A DNA stretch of 19,477 bases from Myxococcales bacterium (GTDB lineage: Bacteria > Myxococcota > Myxococcia > Myxococcales > Anaeromyxobacteraceae): contig JBBQEB010000065.1 of assembly GCA_038320275.1 (NCBI GenBank), positions 1 through 19,477 on the forward strand, written 5' to 3'. Shown piece by piece: positions 8,153-17,312 of the stretch. Within the stretch, counting starts at the first letter, position 1; each line of letters opens with the position of its first letter. The notes under the pieces were generated by a model that ran no database searches, was not told where the DNA came from, and saw nothing but the letters and a program-made list of their open reading frames with translations. The position numbers were made by a program, and so were the translations under genes.

Positions 8153-9064
8153 CTACGCAGCGACCGAGGACGGCTCCACGGCGGCACCCAGGATCTCCGC
8201 CGCCTCGGCGCGAAGCGTCTCGAGCCCCGCGGCGTCGAGGCGCAGGACCTTCATCGCGGCCTCGAGCAGGTGGGCGGGGTTCTCGTCGAACGCGAGCTCG
8301 CCGGGAACGCCGGAGCCGAGCGGCACTGCGCCGAGATCCATCGCGCGGACGATCTCCTCCGCCACCACCAGCGCGGCGTGCACGGGGTGCGCCCTCCCGC
8401 CCACCTCCACCTGGTGGTGATGCGAGACGAGAGCCTGGATGGGCGCGGGCAGTCCCCACAGTCGGGTCACCACGCCCGACGCGGCCTCGTGGATCTGGTC
8501 GAGCACCGGAGCGAGCGAGTCGAGCGGCAGGACCGAGCCGCGGCGGTCGTCGGACAGCGCCAGCAGGCAGGCGGCGATCCCCACGTCGTGCAGGAGCCCG
8601 CACAGGAACGCGTACTCGCTGTCGATGGAGCTGGTCCGGCAGACCGCCCGCATGACGTAGGCGGTGCTGGTGCTGTGGCGGGCCAGCCGGGCCATCGGGC
8701 CGTCGTAGCCCTTCACGCGGAACACCTTCATCTTCATCGCCGCCTCGAGGACGATCTCGCGCAGCATCTTGAGCCCGAGCCGGATGGCCGCCTGGCGCAG
8801 CGACAGGATGGGGGTGCGGGGCGAGTACACCGCGGACTGGGCGATGGAGAGCACGCGCGCCGCCAGCACGGGGTCCTTCTCGAGAACGGCCTCCACCTCC
8901 CCGAAGGTGATGTTGGGCTTCTGCGAGAGGGAGAGCATCTCGAGCGCGACCGCGGGCAGCATCGGCGGCTGATAGGTGGGGGACGCGAAGAGCCGGAGGA
9001 GCCGTACGTGGATGTCGGAGGCGTCCATGCGGGGTGCGCCGATCGAGGCGGCCGGATTTCCCAT
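8153..9064 (-). CDS. HDOD domain-containing protein
   Basis: PMLPAVA, DPVLAARVLSIAQS, ILSLRQAAIRLG, HS, AFLCGLLHDVG, LWGLP, HHH; alternative start ATG 9028. Confidence 0.9.
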   Translation of the reverse strand: MGNPAASIGAPRMDASDIHVRLLRLFASPTYQPPMLPAVALEMLSLSQKPNITFGEVEAVLEKDPVLAARVLSIAQSAVYSPRTPILSLRQAAIRLGLKMLREIVLEAAMKMKVFRVKGYDGPMARLARHSTSTAYVMRAVCRTSSIDSEYAFLCGLLHDVGIAACLLALSDDRRGSVLPLDSLAPVLDQIHEAASGVVTRLWGLPAPIQALVSHHHQVEVGGRAHPVHAALVVAEEIVRAMDLGAVPLGSGVPGELAFDENPAHLLEAAMKVLRLDAAGLETLRAEAAEILGAAVEPSSVAA

Positions 9065-9254
9065 GAGCAGGCCTGGAGCGAGGCCCGTGCCACCCGTGAG
9101 CCCGCGCTGGACGGGGGCTTCGTCCCTGCAGGCACCAGGTCGCGCTGACCCGCGGGTCGGCGTAAAGAAAGACCCAAAGCGCTTTTCGCCTTACATAGCC
9201 CGGCGGTCGGGCATCGAGCCCGCCGCAACAGCGCCCCTCGAAACTGGGAGCCTC

Positions 9255-10241
9255 ATGTCACGCATCGTCCTTGGTCTCACCCTGTGCCTCGCCGCCCTGG
9301 CTTGCCAGCAGCCCTCCACCACGCAGGCGCAAGGGAAGGGCTCCGACGAGTCGGTCGCGCGCTGGAAGGGCGGGAGCATCTCCTCAGGCGAGCTCGATGC
9401 CCTGGTGTACGACCAGCGGAAGCAGGCCCTCGACCAGCTCCTCGTGCGCAAGCTCCTCGAGCAGAAGGCCAAGGCCGAGAACACCACCAGCGAAGCCATC
9501 TGGAAGCGGGAGGTGCAGGACAAGGCGAAGCCTCCCACGGACGCGGAGATGAAGGCGTTGTACGACGAGCAGGCGAAGAAGCAGCAGCTCCCGCCGTTCG
9601 ACCAGATCAAGGAGCAGATCGCGCAGTACCTGCAGCGCCCGGCGCTCCAGGCCGCCCAGACCGCCTATGTCGAGCGGCTGAAGAAGGAGATGGAGGTGCA
9701 GGTGATGCTCAAGCCGCCGCGGGTGAAGGTGGCCGCGGACGGTCCGTCGAAGGGTGCCTCGGGGGCGCCGATCACCATCGTGGAGTTCTCGGACTTCGAG
9801 TGCCCCTTCTGCGTGAAGGCGGAGGCCACCGTGAACCAGGTGATGAAGGCCTACGAGGGCAAGGTTCGCCTGGTCTACCGCGACTTCCCGCTGCCCATGC
9901 ACTCCAACGCGCAGAAGGCGGCCGAGGCCGCGCGCTGCGCAGGCGACCAGGGCAAGTACTGGGAGATGCACGAGAAGCTGTTCGCCAACCAGCGCGCGCT
10001 GGCGGTGGACGCGCTGAAGGGTTACGCCAAGGAGCTGAAGGTGGACCAGGCCAAGTTCGACAAGTGCCTCGACTCCGGCGAGAAGGCCAAGGGAATCGAG
10101 GTCGACCGTAAGGCGGGCGAACAGGCCGGCGTCACGGGCACCCCGGCGTTCTTCATCAACGGGCTCTTCCTCAACGGCGCGCAGCCCTTCGAGGAGTTCA
10201 AGAGCGCGATCGACGGCGAGCTCGCCGCGCAGGGGGAAGGA
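9255..10241 (+). other. DsbA-like thioredoxin-fold lipoprotein portion of the fused ORF
   Basis: Signal peptide with lipobox-like ALAC, helical SurA-N-like segment, then ITIVEFSDFECPFC, VYRDFPL, AAEAARCA, cis-Pro loop GVTGTPAFFING. Confidence 0.9.
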
Positions 10242-11360
10242 CTGGGCGCGTACGATCACGAGGGCATCGGAGCCATCTCCGAGCGGCGGAAGACACGCCC
10301 GGTGAAGGTGGGCGCCGTGCAGGTGGGAGGCGGCGCGCCGATCGCGGTGCAGTCGATGACCACCACCGACACGCGCGATCCCGCGGCCACGCTGGGGCAG
10401 ATTCGCGCCCTCGCCGAGGCAGGCGCGGACATCGTGCGCGTCGCGGTGCCCGACGCCGAGGCCGCGGCGGCGCTCCCCGCCATCGTGCGCGAGACGCCGG
10501 TGCCCCTCGTCGCCGACATCCACTTCGATTACCGGCTCGCGCTCTCCGCGCTCTCGGCCGGCATCCACTGCATCCGGCTCAACCCGGGAAACATCGGCTC
10601 CCGCGAGCGCGTGCGCGAGGTGGTGCGCGCCGCGCGGGAGCGGAACGTCCCCATCCGCATCGGGGTGAACGCCGGGTCGCTGGAGGAGGACATCGTCGCG
10701 AAGCACGGCTGGCCCACGCCGGAGGGAATGGTGGAGAGCGCCGCCCGGCACATCCAGTTCCTGGAGGACGAGGGCTACCGGGAGATCAAGGTCTCGCTGA
10801 AGGCGCACGACATCGCGATGACGGTGAAGGCGAACCGGCTCTTCGCCCAGCGCTTCGAGTACCCGCTTCACCTGGGCATCACCGAGGCGGGAACGCTGCT
10901 CTCGGGCGCGGTCAAGAGCTCCGCCGGGCTCGGCATCCTCCTCAACGACGGAATAGGCGACACCATCCGCATCTCGCTCGCCGCCGATCCGCTGGAGGAG
11001 GTGAAGGTCGCGCGCACGCTCCTCAAGGCGCTCGGCCTCAAGTTCGGGGGCGCGACGCTCACCGCCTGTCCCACCTGCGGCCGCTGCTCGGTCGGCATGA
11101 TCCCCATCGCCGAGCGGGTGGAGAGCCGCCTCTCGCTCCTGAAAGGTGCGGTGAACGTGGCCGTGATGGGCTGCGAGGTGAACGGTCCCGGCGAGGCCTC
11201 CGCCGCCGACGTCGGCATCGCCTATGGCCACAAGGGCGTGGGCCTCCTCTTCAAGGACGGCAAGATCGTGAAGCGCATGAAGGCCGAGGAGCTGGAGGAC
11301 GCGCTGGTGGAGGAGGCGATCAAGCTGTCGGAGGAGAGGGCGAGGGCGGCGGGGAAGTAG
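9255..11360 (+). CDS. ispG: 4-hydroxy-3-methylbut-2-en-1-yl diphosphate synthase (IspG, about 10242-11360) in one open frame with an upstream DsbA-like lipoprotein
   Basis: ATG 9255 with GGGAG; no stop until TAG 11358-11360. IspG motifs VQSMTTT, LVADIHFDY, RLNPGNIG, IRIGVNAGSL, YPLHLGITEAG, GIGDTIRISL, CPTCGR, MGCEVNGPGEA. IspG identity is secure; whether the fusion is expressed is not. Confidence 0.9.
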   Translation: MSRIVLGLTLCLAALACQQPSTTQAQGKGSDESVARWKGGSISSGELDALVYDQRKQALDQLLVRKLLEQKAKAENTTSEAIWKREVQDKAKPPTDAEMKALYDEQAKKQQLPPFDQIKEQIAQYLQRPALQAAQTAYVERLKKEMEVQVMLKPPRVKVAADGPSKGASGAPITIVEFSDFECPFCVKAEATVNQVMKAYEGKVRLVYRDFPLPMHSNAQKAAEAARCAGDQGKYWEMHEKLFANQRALAVDALKGYAKELKVDQAKFDKCLDSGEKAKGIEVDRKAGEQAGVTGTPAFFINGLFLNGAQPFEEFKSAIDGELAAQGEGLGAYDHEGIGAISERRKTRPVKVGAVQVGGGAPIAVQSMTTTDTRDPAATLGQIRALAEAGADIVRVAVPDAEAAAALPAIVRETPVPLVADIHFDYRLALSALSAGIHCIRLNPGNIGSRERVREVVRAARERNVPIRIGVNAGSLEEDIVAKHGWPTPEGMVESAARHIQFLEDEGYREIKVSLKAHDIAMTVKANRLFAQRFEYPLHLGITEAGTLLSGAVKSSAGLGILLNDGIGDTIRISLAADPLEEVKVARTLLKALGLKFGGATLTACPTCGRCSVGMIPIAERVESRLSLLKGAVNVAVMGCEVNGPGEASAADVGIAYGHKGVGLLFKDGKIVKRMKAEELEDALVEEAIKLSEERARAAGK

Positions 11361-11386
11361 CGGGGTGCGGTTGGCCTCCCTGATCC

Positions 11387-11863
11387 TCACAGCAGTCGGG
11401 GATCGAAATGGAACGGCCTCGGGTCTCCGTAACGGAGTTGCTTCGCGTCAGGATGTGCTGGGCTGATGAGCACGTTCGTCTCCTCGGGCACGACGGCCGA
11501 AGGAACGAGAAGAACGGCCGTGCGGCCGTCGCGAAGCCACTCGTGTCCCAGAGTCTGCAGCGCCGCCGGCGGCGGGCTGTGTCGCCAGTTCCGTGGAAGG
11601 TCGGTCGCGCGGATGGTCAGCACCGGCAGCCCGTCCGGCCACGTGGCGGGGCAGGCGACCAGCGGGGCCTCCGAAAGACGCCGGACGTCCGCGTGGACGA
11701 GCATCTCCAGCGCAGCAAGCGACAGCGTCGAGCTCGCGTGAGCGATCGAGAGACCCTTCGGGCTCCACCGACCTCCGTGGAGGCGCGCACCCTCTCCCGA
11801 GTACGCATCCTCGCCGGTCGGCGCGTGCTGCGCCCAGCAGAGACGCCACCCTTTCCAGCTCAC
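11387..11863 (-). CDS. RES-domain toxin (MbcT/ParT-like, NAD+-consuming family) of a type II TA system
   Basis: GTG start overlaps antitoxin stop (GTGA); SGEGARLHGGRW, SLAALEMLVH, LPRNW, LLVPSAVVPEETNVLISPAHPD, FDPRLL. Confidence 0.92.
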   Translation of the reverse strand: MSWKGWRLCWAQHAPTGEDAYSGEGARLHGGRWSPKGLSIAHASSTLSLAALEMLVHADVRRLSEAPLVACPATWPDGLPVLTIRATDLPRNWRHSPPPAALQTLGHEWLRDGRTAVLLVPSAVVPEETNVLISPAHPDAKQLRYGDPRPFHFDPRLL

Positions 11864-12318
11864 CCGATGACGCCGTGCGCGAGCCGTCCGAGCTCGTCCA
11901 AAACGGCCTCGAAGCCATCCGCCGTGTCGAGGAGCGTGACCGGCACGGCGCCGCCCAGGCCGCGGCACGGCTCGAGCAACCAGGCACGGCCGTTCTCGTC
12001 CCCGAGGAGGGCCTGGGAACGCGCGAGCGCCCGGGCCACGCGAAGGCTTCGCTCGCTCTCCTCCGGGGTGAGGCGCTCTCGTTTCTCGATCCGCCGGTGT
12101 ACCGTGCGGGATGGAAGGCGCAGGCTCTTCGAGAGCTCGTTGACGGAGACTCCGAGTCGGCCTGCGGTCAGCTCCAGCGCGCGCGAGGGTAAGCCCTCCC
12201 GGATGATCGAGGTCCAGGCGGGGCCAGCAGGCTGGCTTCCCGGCGTCGAGCCCCGCGGGCGCACCACGCTCTTGCCGCCCAGGATGGCGAGGACCCTTGC
12301 AGCGTCGGCTCCGGTCAT
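11860..12318 (-). CDS. Xre/MbcA/ParS-family antitoxin
   Basis: IIREGLP, HTH-like ELSKSLRLPSRTVHRR, LTPEESER, GRAWL..P..GLGGAVPVTLLDT, L.RLAHGV; directly upstream of the RES gene. Confidence 0.92.
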   Translation of the reverse strand: MTGADAARVLAILGGKSVVRPRGSTPGSQPAGPAWTSIIREGLPSRALELTAGRLGVSVNELSKSLRLPSRTVHRRIEKRERLTPEESERSLRVARALARSQALLGDENGRAWLLEPCRGLGGAVPVTLLDTADGFEAVLDELGRLAHGVIG

Positions 12319-12319
12319 A

Positions 12320-12353
12320 TGGCGATCATAGCTCGCCACGTGGCCGGGTGCCA
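12320..12353 (-). promoter_or_regulatory. Promoter and putative autorepression operator of the xre-res operon
   Basis: -10 TATGAT (12330-12325) 6 nt before ATG; inverted repeat tggcga (12320-12325)-N7-tcgcca (12333-12338) straddles it; palindrome gccacgtggc 12335-12344. Confidence 0.65.
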
Positions 12354-12478
12354 GGGAGGGCCTCTCAGGCGGTGGGCGGGCTGCCGCTCGGGTCCACGGC
12401 AAAGACCGGTCGGCGAGGCGGAAGGCCGGTCCCGGCGCCGCCCGCCGCCTTTCATCTTCAGCCTGGAAGGGCTCGGGC

Positions 12479-12484
12479 TATAAC
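12479..12484 (+). promoter_or_regulatory. Putative -10 element of a leaderless proS transcript
   Basis: TATAAC, 6 nt, ATG 12491; no SD. Confidence 0.55.
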
Positions 12485-12490
12485 CGCCGG

Positions 12491-14227
12491 ATGCACGTCT
12501 CCCGCTTCTCCAAGCTCTTCATCCCGACGCTCAAGGAGGCTCCTGCCGACGCGCAGGTGGCCTCGCACCGGCTCCTCGTCCGCGGCGGCTTCATCCGGCA
12601 GCTCGGCGCGGGAATCTACGACATGCTGCCGCTCGCGAAGCGCACCCTCGCGAAGATCGAGGGGATCATCCGCGAGGAGATGGACGCCGTCGGCGGCCAG
12701 GAGTTCTACCTGCCTGCCCTTCACCCGGCCGAGATCTGGAAGGAGTCGGGACGCTGGGAGGTCATGGGCGACAACATGTTCCGGCTGAAGGACCGGAAGG
12801 GCGGCGACTACGGGCTCGGCATGACGCACGAGGAGGTCTTCACGGCCCTGGCCCGCGCCGAGCTGCGCAGCTACCGGCAGCTGCCACAGGTTTGGTACCA
12901 GATCCAGACCAAGTTCCGGGACGAGCCGCGGCCGAAATCCGGGCTCCTGAGGGTCCGGCAGTTCACCATGAAGGACGCGTACACCTTCGACGTGGACGCG
13001 GCGGGGCTGGACAGGAGCTACGAGGACCAGCGGCAGGCCTACGAGCGCATCTTCACCCGCTGCGGGCTCGACTTCGTGGCGGTGCAGGCGCACTCCGGGG
13101 CGATGGGGGGCTCCGGGTCGCAGGAATTCATGGTGCGCACCGACGCGGGCGAGGACCTCGTCGCCGCCTGTCCGAAGTGCCGCTATGCCGCGAATACCGA
13201 GACCGCCACCTCGCGCCTCCCGGTGGAGGAGGATGGCCCAGGGCGCGACGCGCCGGAGCGGTTCGCCACGCCGGGCGTCCTCACCATCGATGCGCTCGCG
13301 AGGCCTCCCCACGGGGTCGCGCCGCGACGCCAGCTCAAGACGCTCGTCTACCTCGCGGACGAGCAGCCGGTGATCGCCGTGGTGCGGGGCGATCAGGAGC
13401 TCAACGAGGCGAAGCTTCAGACGGCGACTGGCGCCATCGCGGTGCGGCCGGCGCGTCCCGAGGAGATCCCACCGCTCATGGGCGCGCGGGCGGGCTCGCT
13501 CGGCGCCGCCGGCTTCACCAGGGCGCCGGTCCTCGTGGATCCATCCCTCGCCGAGCGGCGCGACATGGTGACCGGCGCGAACGAGGACGGGTTCCACCTG
13601 CGCGGCGTCGACGTCCGGCGCGATCTGCTGGGGCACGGCAAGCTCGTCGAGCTGCGCACGGTGGCCGCGGGCGAGGGCTGCCCCCGCTGCGACGGCGCGC
13701 TCGACGTCTTCAAGGCCCTCGAGGTGGGCCACATCTTCAAGCTCGGCACCAAGTACTCCGACTCGATGCGCGCCTCGGTGCTCCTCGCCGACGGCTCGGA
13801 GCGGCCTATCGTGATGGGCAGCTACGGCATCGGAGTGGAGCGCATCATGGCCGCGGCCATCGAGCTGCACCACGACGACAACGGCATCGTCTGGCCGCTC
13901 GCCATCGCGCCCTATCGCGCCACCGTGCTCACGCTGGGGAAGGAACCGGAGCTTGCGAAAGTGGCCGAGGAGGCGGTGGCAGCCCTCACCGCGGCCGGGC
14001 TCGACGTGCTCTACGACGACCGCGACGAGCGGGCGGGCGTGAAGTTCAAGGACGCCGACCTGCTGGGCATCCCGGTGCGGGTGGCGGTGGGCAAGAAGGG
14101 GCTCGCCGAGGGAAAAGTGGAGTGGAAGCTGCGCGGGACGAAGGACGTCGAGCTCGTCCCGGCTGGCGAGCTGCGGGCCAAGGCCGCGGCGCTGCTGGCA
14201 GCGGCCGGGCTCGAGGCGGGGTCGTGA
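12491..14227 (+). CDS. proS: Proline--tRNA ligase, bacterial type with editing insertion domain
   Basis: [38 protein letters not shown] domain with [47 protein letters not shown]. Confidence 0.99.
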   Translation: MHVSRFSKLFIPTLKEAPADAQVASHRLLVRGGFIRQLGAGIYDMLPLAKRTLAKIEGIIREEMDAVGGQEFYLPALHPAEIWKESGRWEVMGDNMFRLKDRKGGDYGLGMTHEEVFTALARAELRSYRQLPQVWYQIQTKFRDEPRPKSGLLRVRQFTMKDAYTFDVDAAGLDRSYEDQRQAYERIFTRCGLDFVAVQAHSGAMGGSGSQEFMVRTDAGEDLVAACPKCRYAANTETATSRLPVEEDGPGRDAPERFATPGVLTIDALARPPHGVAPRRQLKTLVYLADEQPVIAVVRGDQELNEAKLQTATGAIAVRPARPEEIPPLMGARAGSLGAAGFTRAPVLVDPSLAERRDMVTGANEDGFHLRGVDVRRDLLGHGKLVELRTVAAGEGCPRCDGALDVFKALEVGHIFKLGTKYSDSMRASVLLADGSERPIVMGSYGIGVERIMAAAIELHHDDNGIVWPLAIAPYRATVLTLGKEPELAKVAEEAVAALTAAGLDVLYDDRDERAGVKFKDADLLGIPVRVAVGKKGLAEGKVEWKLRGTKDVELVPAGELRAKAAALLAAAGLEAGS

Positions 14228-14907
14228 CCGGGTCGAAGCGCCTCTGCGCGGCGCTCGACTTCCCGTCCTGGGCGGCGGCGGAGCCCTTCGCGAGGGCGGT
14301 CGCGCCTGCCGTCGGCATGCTCAAGGTCGGGCTGGAGCTCTTCGCGGCCGAGGGGCCCGAGGCGGTCCGGCGGGCGGCGGGGCTGGGGCGGCCGGTCTTC
14401 CTCGACCTCAAGCTGCACGACATTCCCAACACCGTGGAGGGGGCGGCTCGCTCGGCGGCGGCGTCAGGGGCTTCGCTCCTCACCGTCCACGCGGGCGGCG
14501 GCTCGGCCATGATCCGCGCGGCGGTGCGCGGTGCGGGACCGGGGGTGCGCGTGCTCGCCGTCACCGTGCTCACCAGCCTCGACGACGAGGCGCTCGCGGA
14601 GGTGGGCCTGATGGGGCCCGCGCGCGGGGCGGTGCTCCGGCTGGCGAGGCTCGCCGCCGGAGCCGGAGTGGCAGGGATCGTCTGCTCGCCGCTCGAGGTC
14701 GCGGCCGTGCGGGAGGCGGTGGGCCCCGGGGCGCTCTTGGTCGTGCCTGGCATCCGCGCTGCTGGGCAGGCGCGGGGGGATCAGGTGCGGGTGGCCACGG
14801 CGGCGGACGCGGTGCGGGCGGGCGCGGACGTGCTCGTGGTGGGGAGGCCGCTGCGCGACGCGGCAGATCCGGCGGCGGCGGCGCGTGCGCTGGCGGAGGG
14901 GCTGTGA
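14224..14907 (+). CDS. pyrF: Orotidine-5'-phosphate decarboxylase
   Basis: GTG overlaps proS stop; [53 protein letters not shown]. Confidence 0.98.
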   Translation: MTGSKRLCAALDFPSWAAAEPFARAVAPAVGMLKVGLELFAAEGPEAVRRAAGLGRPVFLDLKLHDIPNTVEGAARSAAASGASLLTVHAGGGSAMIRAAVRGAGPGVRVLAVTVLTSLDDEALAEVGLMGPARGAVLRLARLAAGAGVAGIVCSPLEVAAVREAVGPGALLVVPGIRAAGQARGDQVRVATAADAVRAGADVLVVGRPLRDAADPAAAARALAEGL

Positions 14908-16919
14908 GGCGAGCGGCGGCGGTCCTGTCGCTGCTGGTGGCTTGTGCGGGTGCGGGTGGGAGCGGGGCGTCCGGCGCGAGCGCGACGGCGACTCCGACCG
15001 CGACCTATTCCGCTCCCCCTTCGACTCCGGCGCTTCGCGCCTACGCTCAGGGTGAGCGGGGAGGAGAGACCGCGACCGGGAACGCGAACGCGAATTCGAC
15101 AGCGAACGCGAATGCGAACGCGGCCCCGACCCCGGACAATTCCGTTCGTGCTGAGCGTAGGCCGGCTCCGCCGGCCGGAGTCGAAGCACGGCCGAGCGAA
15201 CCCCTCTCACCCCCGACCACCGTCCAGCAGCGCTTCCCGGAGCTGGTCGCCGCCGCGGAGAAGGCGGTCGGCACCCGCTTCCGCGTGCCGCTCCCGGTTC
15301 AGGAGCTCGACGCCGCCGCGCTGCGAGCCCTTGCCGAGGCCGAGGTCCGCTCCGTCCCTGCCGCGAGCTGGGCCGAGCTGGGGCGGGTGCTCGCCGCGGT
15401 GGGCGCGCTGGCATCGAGGGACGATCTCACCGCGGCGGCCGTGGAGGTGCGCGCGGCACAGACGGTGGCTCGGCTCGACGCCGCTGGCCACGCGCTGCTC
15501 CTCGGCCCAGGCGCGCTCGACGCGCAGCGCAAGCTCCAGCCCGCCGCCTCACCGGTGGTGCTGGGCATGCTGGTGCGGGCGCTCGCCGCGCAGAGCGGCG
15601 CTGCGCCTCCGCCCGCTCCGGACGGCGACGACGCGCGCGAAGCCGCGCTGCTGCTCTCCGAGGGCGACGCCACCCTGGCGGTGCTGCGAGCGGGTGAAGC
15701 GCCGGTCACCTCTGCGGCGCTCCCCGGGCTGATGGAGCGCTTTCGGGCGTCCGGGCAGGGCGGGCTGGAGAAGGTCCCGCCCTTCGTCCGCGAGCTCCTG
15801 GTGGCGAGGTTCACCGACGGAGCGCTGCTGGCAGACGCCCTCGATCGCAGCGGAGGTCGCGCGCTCGTCACCCGCGCGCTCGCGGCCCCGCCCGCCACCT
15901 CGGAGGGGTCACTTCACCCCGAGAAATACCTCTCCGGCGAGCGGCCGGCGCGCCTGGCACTTCCCGCGGACGATTCGATCCTGCGCTCGCGCGGCTATGC
16001 CCGCGTCGCCGAGCGCACCCTGGGAGAGCTCGCCATCCGGAGCTGGGCGGGGCTCTGGCTGGGCCCTCAGGGTGGCGCGCGGGCGGGCGCCGGATGGGAC
16101 GGCGATCGCGCGGCGGTGTACGGAAAGGCGGGCGCGCCCGACGTGCTCCTGTGGGCCGCTGCTTCCGACGTGGAGGCCGACGCGGAGAACCTCCAGGGCG
16201 CGCTCTGGGCGATCGAGGGCCGGAGGGCGCCTGCCCGGCGCTCCGGCGATTGCCGCGTGTACGAGCGCGGAGAGCTGGCGGACGCGGTGTGCCGGAAGGG
16301 CAGGGTGACGGGTCTCGTCCGAGACGCGCCCGCCGACGTTGCGGTGTTCCTGGCGGGCGAGCTCGCGAGCGTGAAGCCGGAAGAGGCTCCACCGGCTCCG
16401 GCGCTCCCCGGCGCCCGCTTCGTCCCGGCGAGCGGTGGCGTCGTCGCCACCTCCCGCGGGCGCGAGGAGGGCCGGCGCTACGTCCACCCGGAGCTCGCCT
16501 ACGCGCTCACCCGTCCCGCCGCGCCGCCGCTGCGCTTCGTGCCCGGCCCCACCTCCACGGGCTCCGAGGTCACGCCGGTGATCCTCGAGCCTCCCGAGGG
16601 CGGCGCGCGCCTGCGCGTGTCGGTGACGCCGGTGGAGGCGAACGGGGTCGAGCTCGCGGCGCGGGTCTCGCGCGGGCTCGCCTCCGGCCTGGCTCGCGGG
16701 CAGATGGCGCCCGCCTCCCAGGTGCGCCGCGCGGACGGGCGCGAGTCGTGGGTGTCGCGCTTCTCCGGCCAGGGGGCGTCCGGAAGCGTGCTGGTGGTCG
16801 CGGGCGACGGCCGCACCTACGTGCTGGTGGCAACCTGGAGCGAGCGCACGCCCCAGCCCACCGTGGACGCGCTCGCGGCGGCGCAGCGCAGCCTCGAGGT
16901 GCTGCCCGCCGGGCGGTGA
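14904..16919 (+). CDS. Putative lipoprotein with a zinc-metallopeptidase-like central domain lacking HExxH and an unassigned C-terminal domain
   Basis: GTG overlaps pyrF stop; lipobox LVAC; low-complexity linker; motifs [33 protein letters not shown]. Confidence 0.75.
   Translation: MRRAAAVLSLLVACAGAGGSGASGASATATPTATYSAPPSTPALRAYAQGERGGETATGNANANSTANANANAAPTPDNSVRAERRPAPPAGVEARPSEPLSPPTTVQQRFPELVAAAEKAVGTRFRVPLPVQELDAAALRALAEAEVRSVPAASWAELGRVLAAVGALASRDDLTAAAVEVRAAQTVARLDAAGHALLLGPGALDAQRKLQPAASPVVLGMLVRALAAQSGAAPPPAPDGDDAREAALLLSEGDATLAVLRAGEAPVTSAALPGLMERFRASGQGGLEKVPPFVRELLVARFTDGALLADALDRSGGRALVTRALAAPPATSEGSLHPEKYLSGERPARLALPADDSILRSRGYARVAERTLGELAIRSWAGLWLGPQGGARAGAGWDGDRAAVYGKAGAPDVLLWAAASDVEADAENLQGALWAIEGRRAPARRSGDCRVYERGELADAVCRKGRVTGLVRDAPADVAVFLAGELASVKPEEAPPAPALPGARFVPASGGVVATSRGREEGRRYVHPELAYALTRPAAPPLRFVPGPTSTGSEVTPVILEPPEGGARLRVSVTPVEANGVELAARVSRGLASGLARGQMAPASQVRRADGRESWVSRFSGQGASGSVLVVAGDGRTYVLVATWSERTPQPTVDALAAAQRSLEVLPAGR
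15010..15190. repeat. Inverted pair of REP-like palindromic units inside the lipoprotein CDS
   Basis: cttcgactccggc (15019-15031)/gccggagtcgaag (15174-15186) and gcctacgctcag (15039-15050)/ctgagcgtaggc (15151-15162) are exact reverse complements; each unit also folds on itself. Confidence 0.85.
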
Positions 16920-17296
16920 CCGGGGCCGTGCGCGCGCGCCTGAAGAAGCTCTCCAGCGACGAGGTGCCCGACCTCCGCGGCTTCGCGCCCGCCGACCCCG
17001 ACGACTTCGCGGTCTCGCTGGTGCTGGAGGTGGGCGTGCTCGGTCAGCGCGGTCGCGAGCGCTTCCGCCTCTTCGCGGTGACCCCCGGCTGGCTCAGGCG
17101 TCGCCACGGCAAGGACGGCGCGGCGCTCGGGCGCGGCCTCCTGGTGGTGTTCGGCTGGAGCTACGAGCGCATCCACGCCTTCTTGGCCCGGCGGGTGGAG
17201 GCCTGCAGCGGCGAGACCTGGCCCGAGGTGGCGCGCAAGGTGTCAGCCATCGCCGACTGGGAGGGCGACGACGAGAACGTGGTCGGGCTGCGGTGA
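16916..17296 (+). CDS. Imm8-like immunity protein
   Basis: GTG overlaps upstream stop (alternative GTG 16928); ARLKKLSS, PADPDDF, F.LFAVTPGWL, LGRGLLVVFGWSYERI, CSGETWPEVARKVSAIADWE resemble the Imm8 family pattern as recalled. Confidence 0.7.
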   Translation: MTGAVRARLKKLSSDEVPDLRGFAPADPDDFAVSLVLEVGVLGQRGRERFRLFAVTPGWLRRRHGKDGAALGRGLLVVFGWSYERIHAFLARRVEACSGETWPEVARKVSAIADWEGDDENVVGLR

Positions 17297-17312
17297 GCCC
17301 GGGCTGAAAAGA

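Noticed and set aside
12331..12490. T-box or c-di-GMP-I riboswitch before proS; sigma54 site at TGGCAC
   Set aside because: No T-box sequence; only the word ggcaaa resembles the riboswitch; TGGCAC lacks the downstream TTGC.
12892..14223. Apparent 444-aa N-terminal extension on PyrF in the ORF track
   Set aside because: It is an alternate frame over proS; PyrF starts at GTG 14224 overlapping the proS stop.
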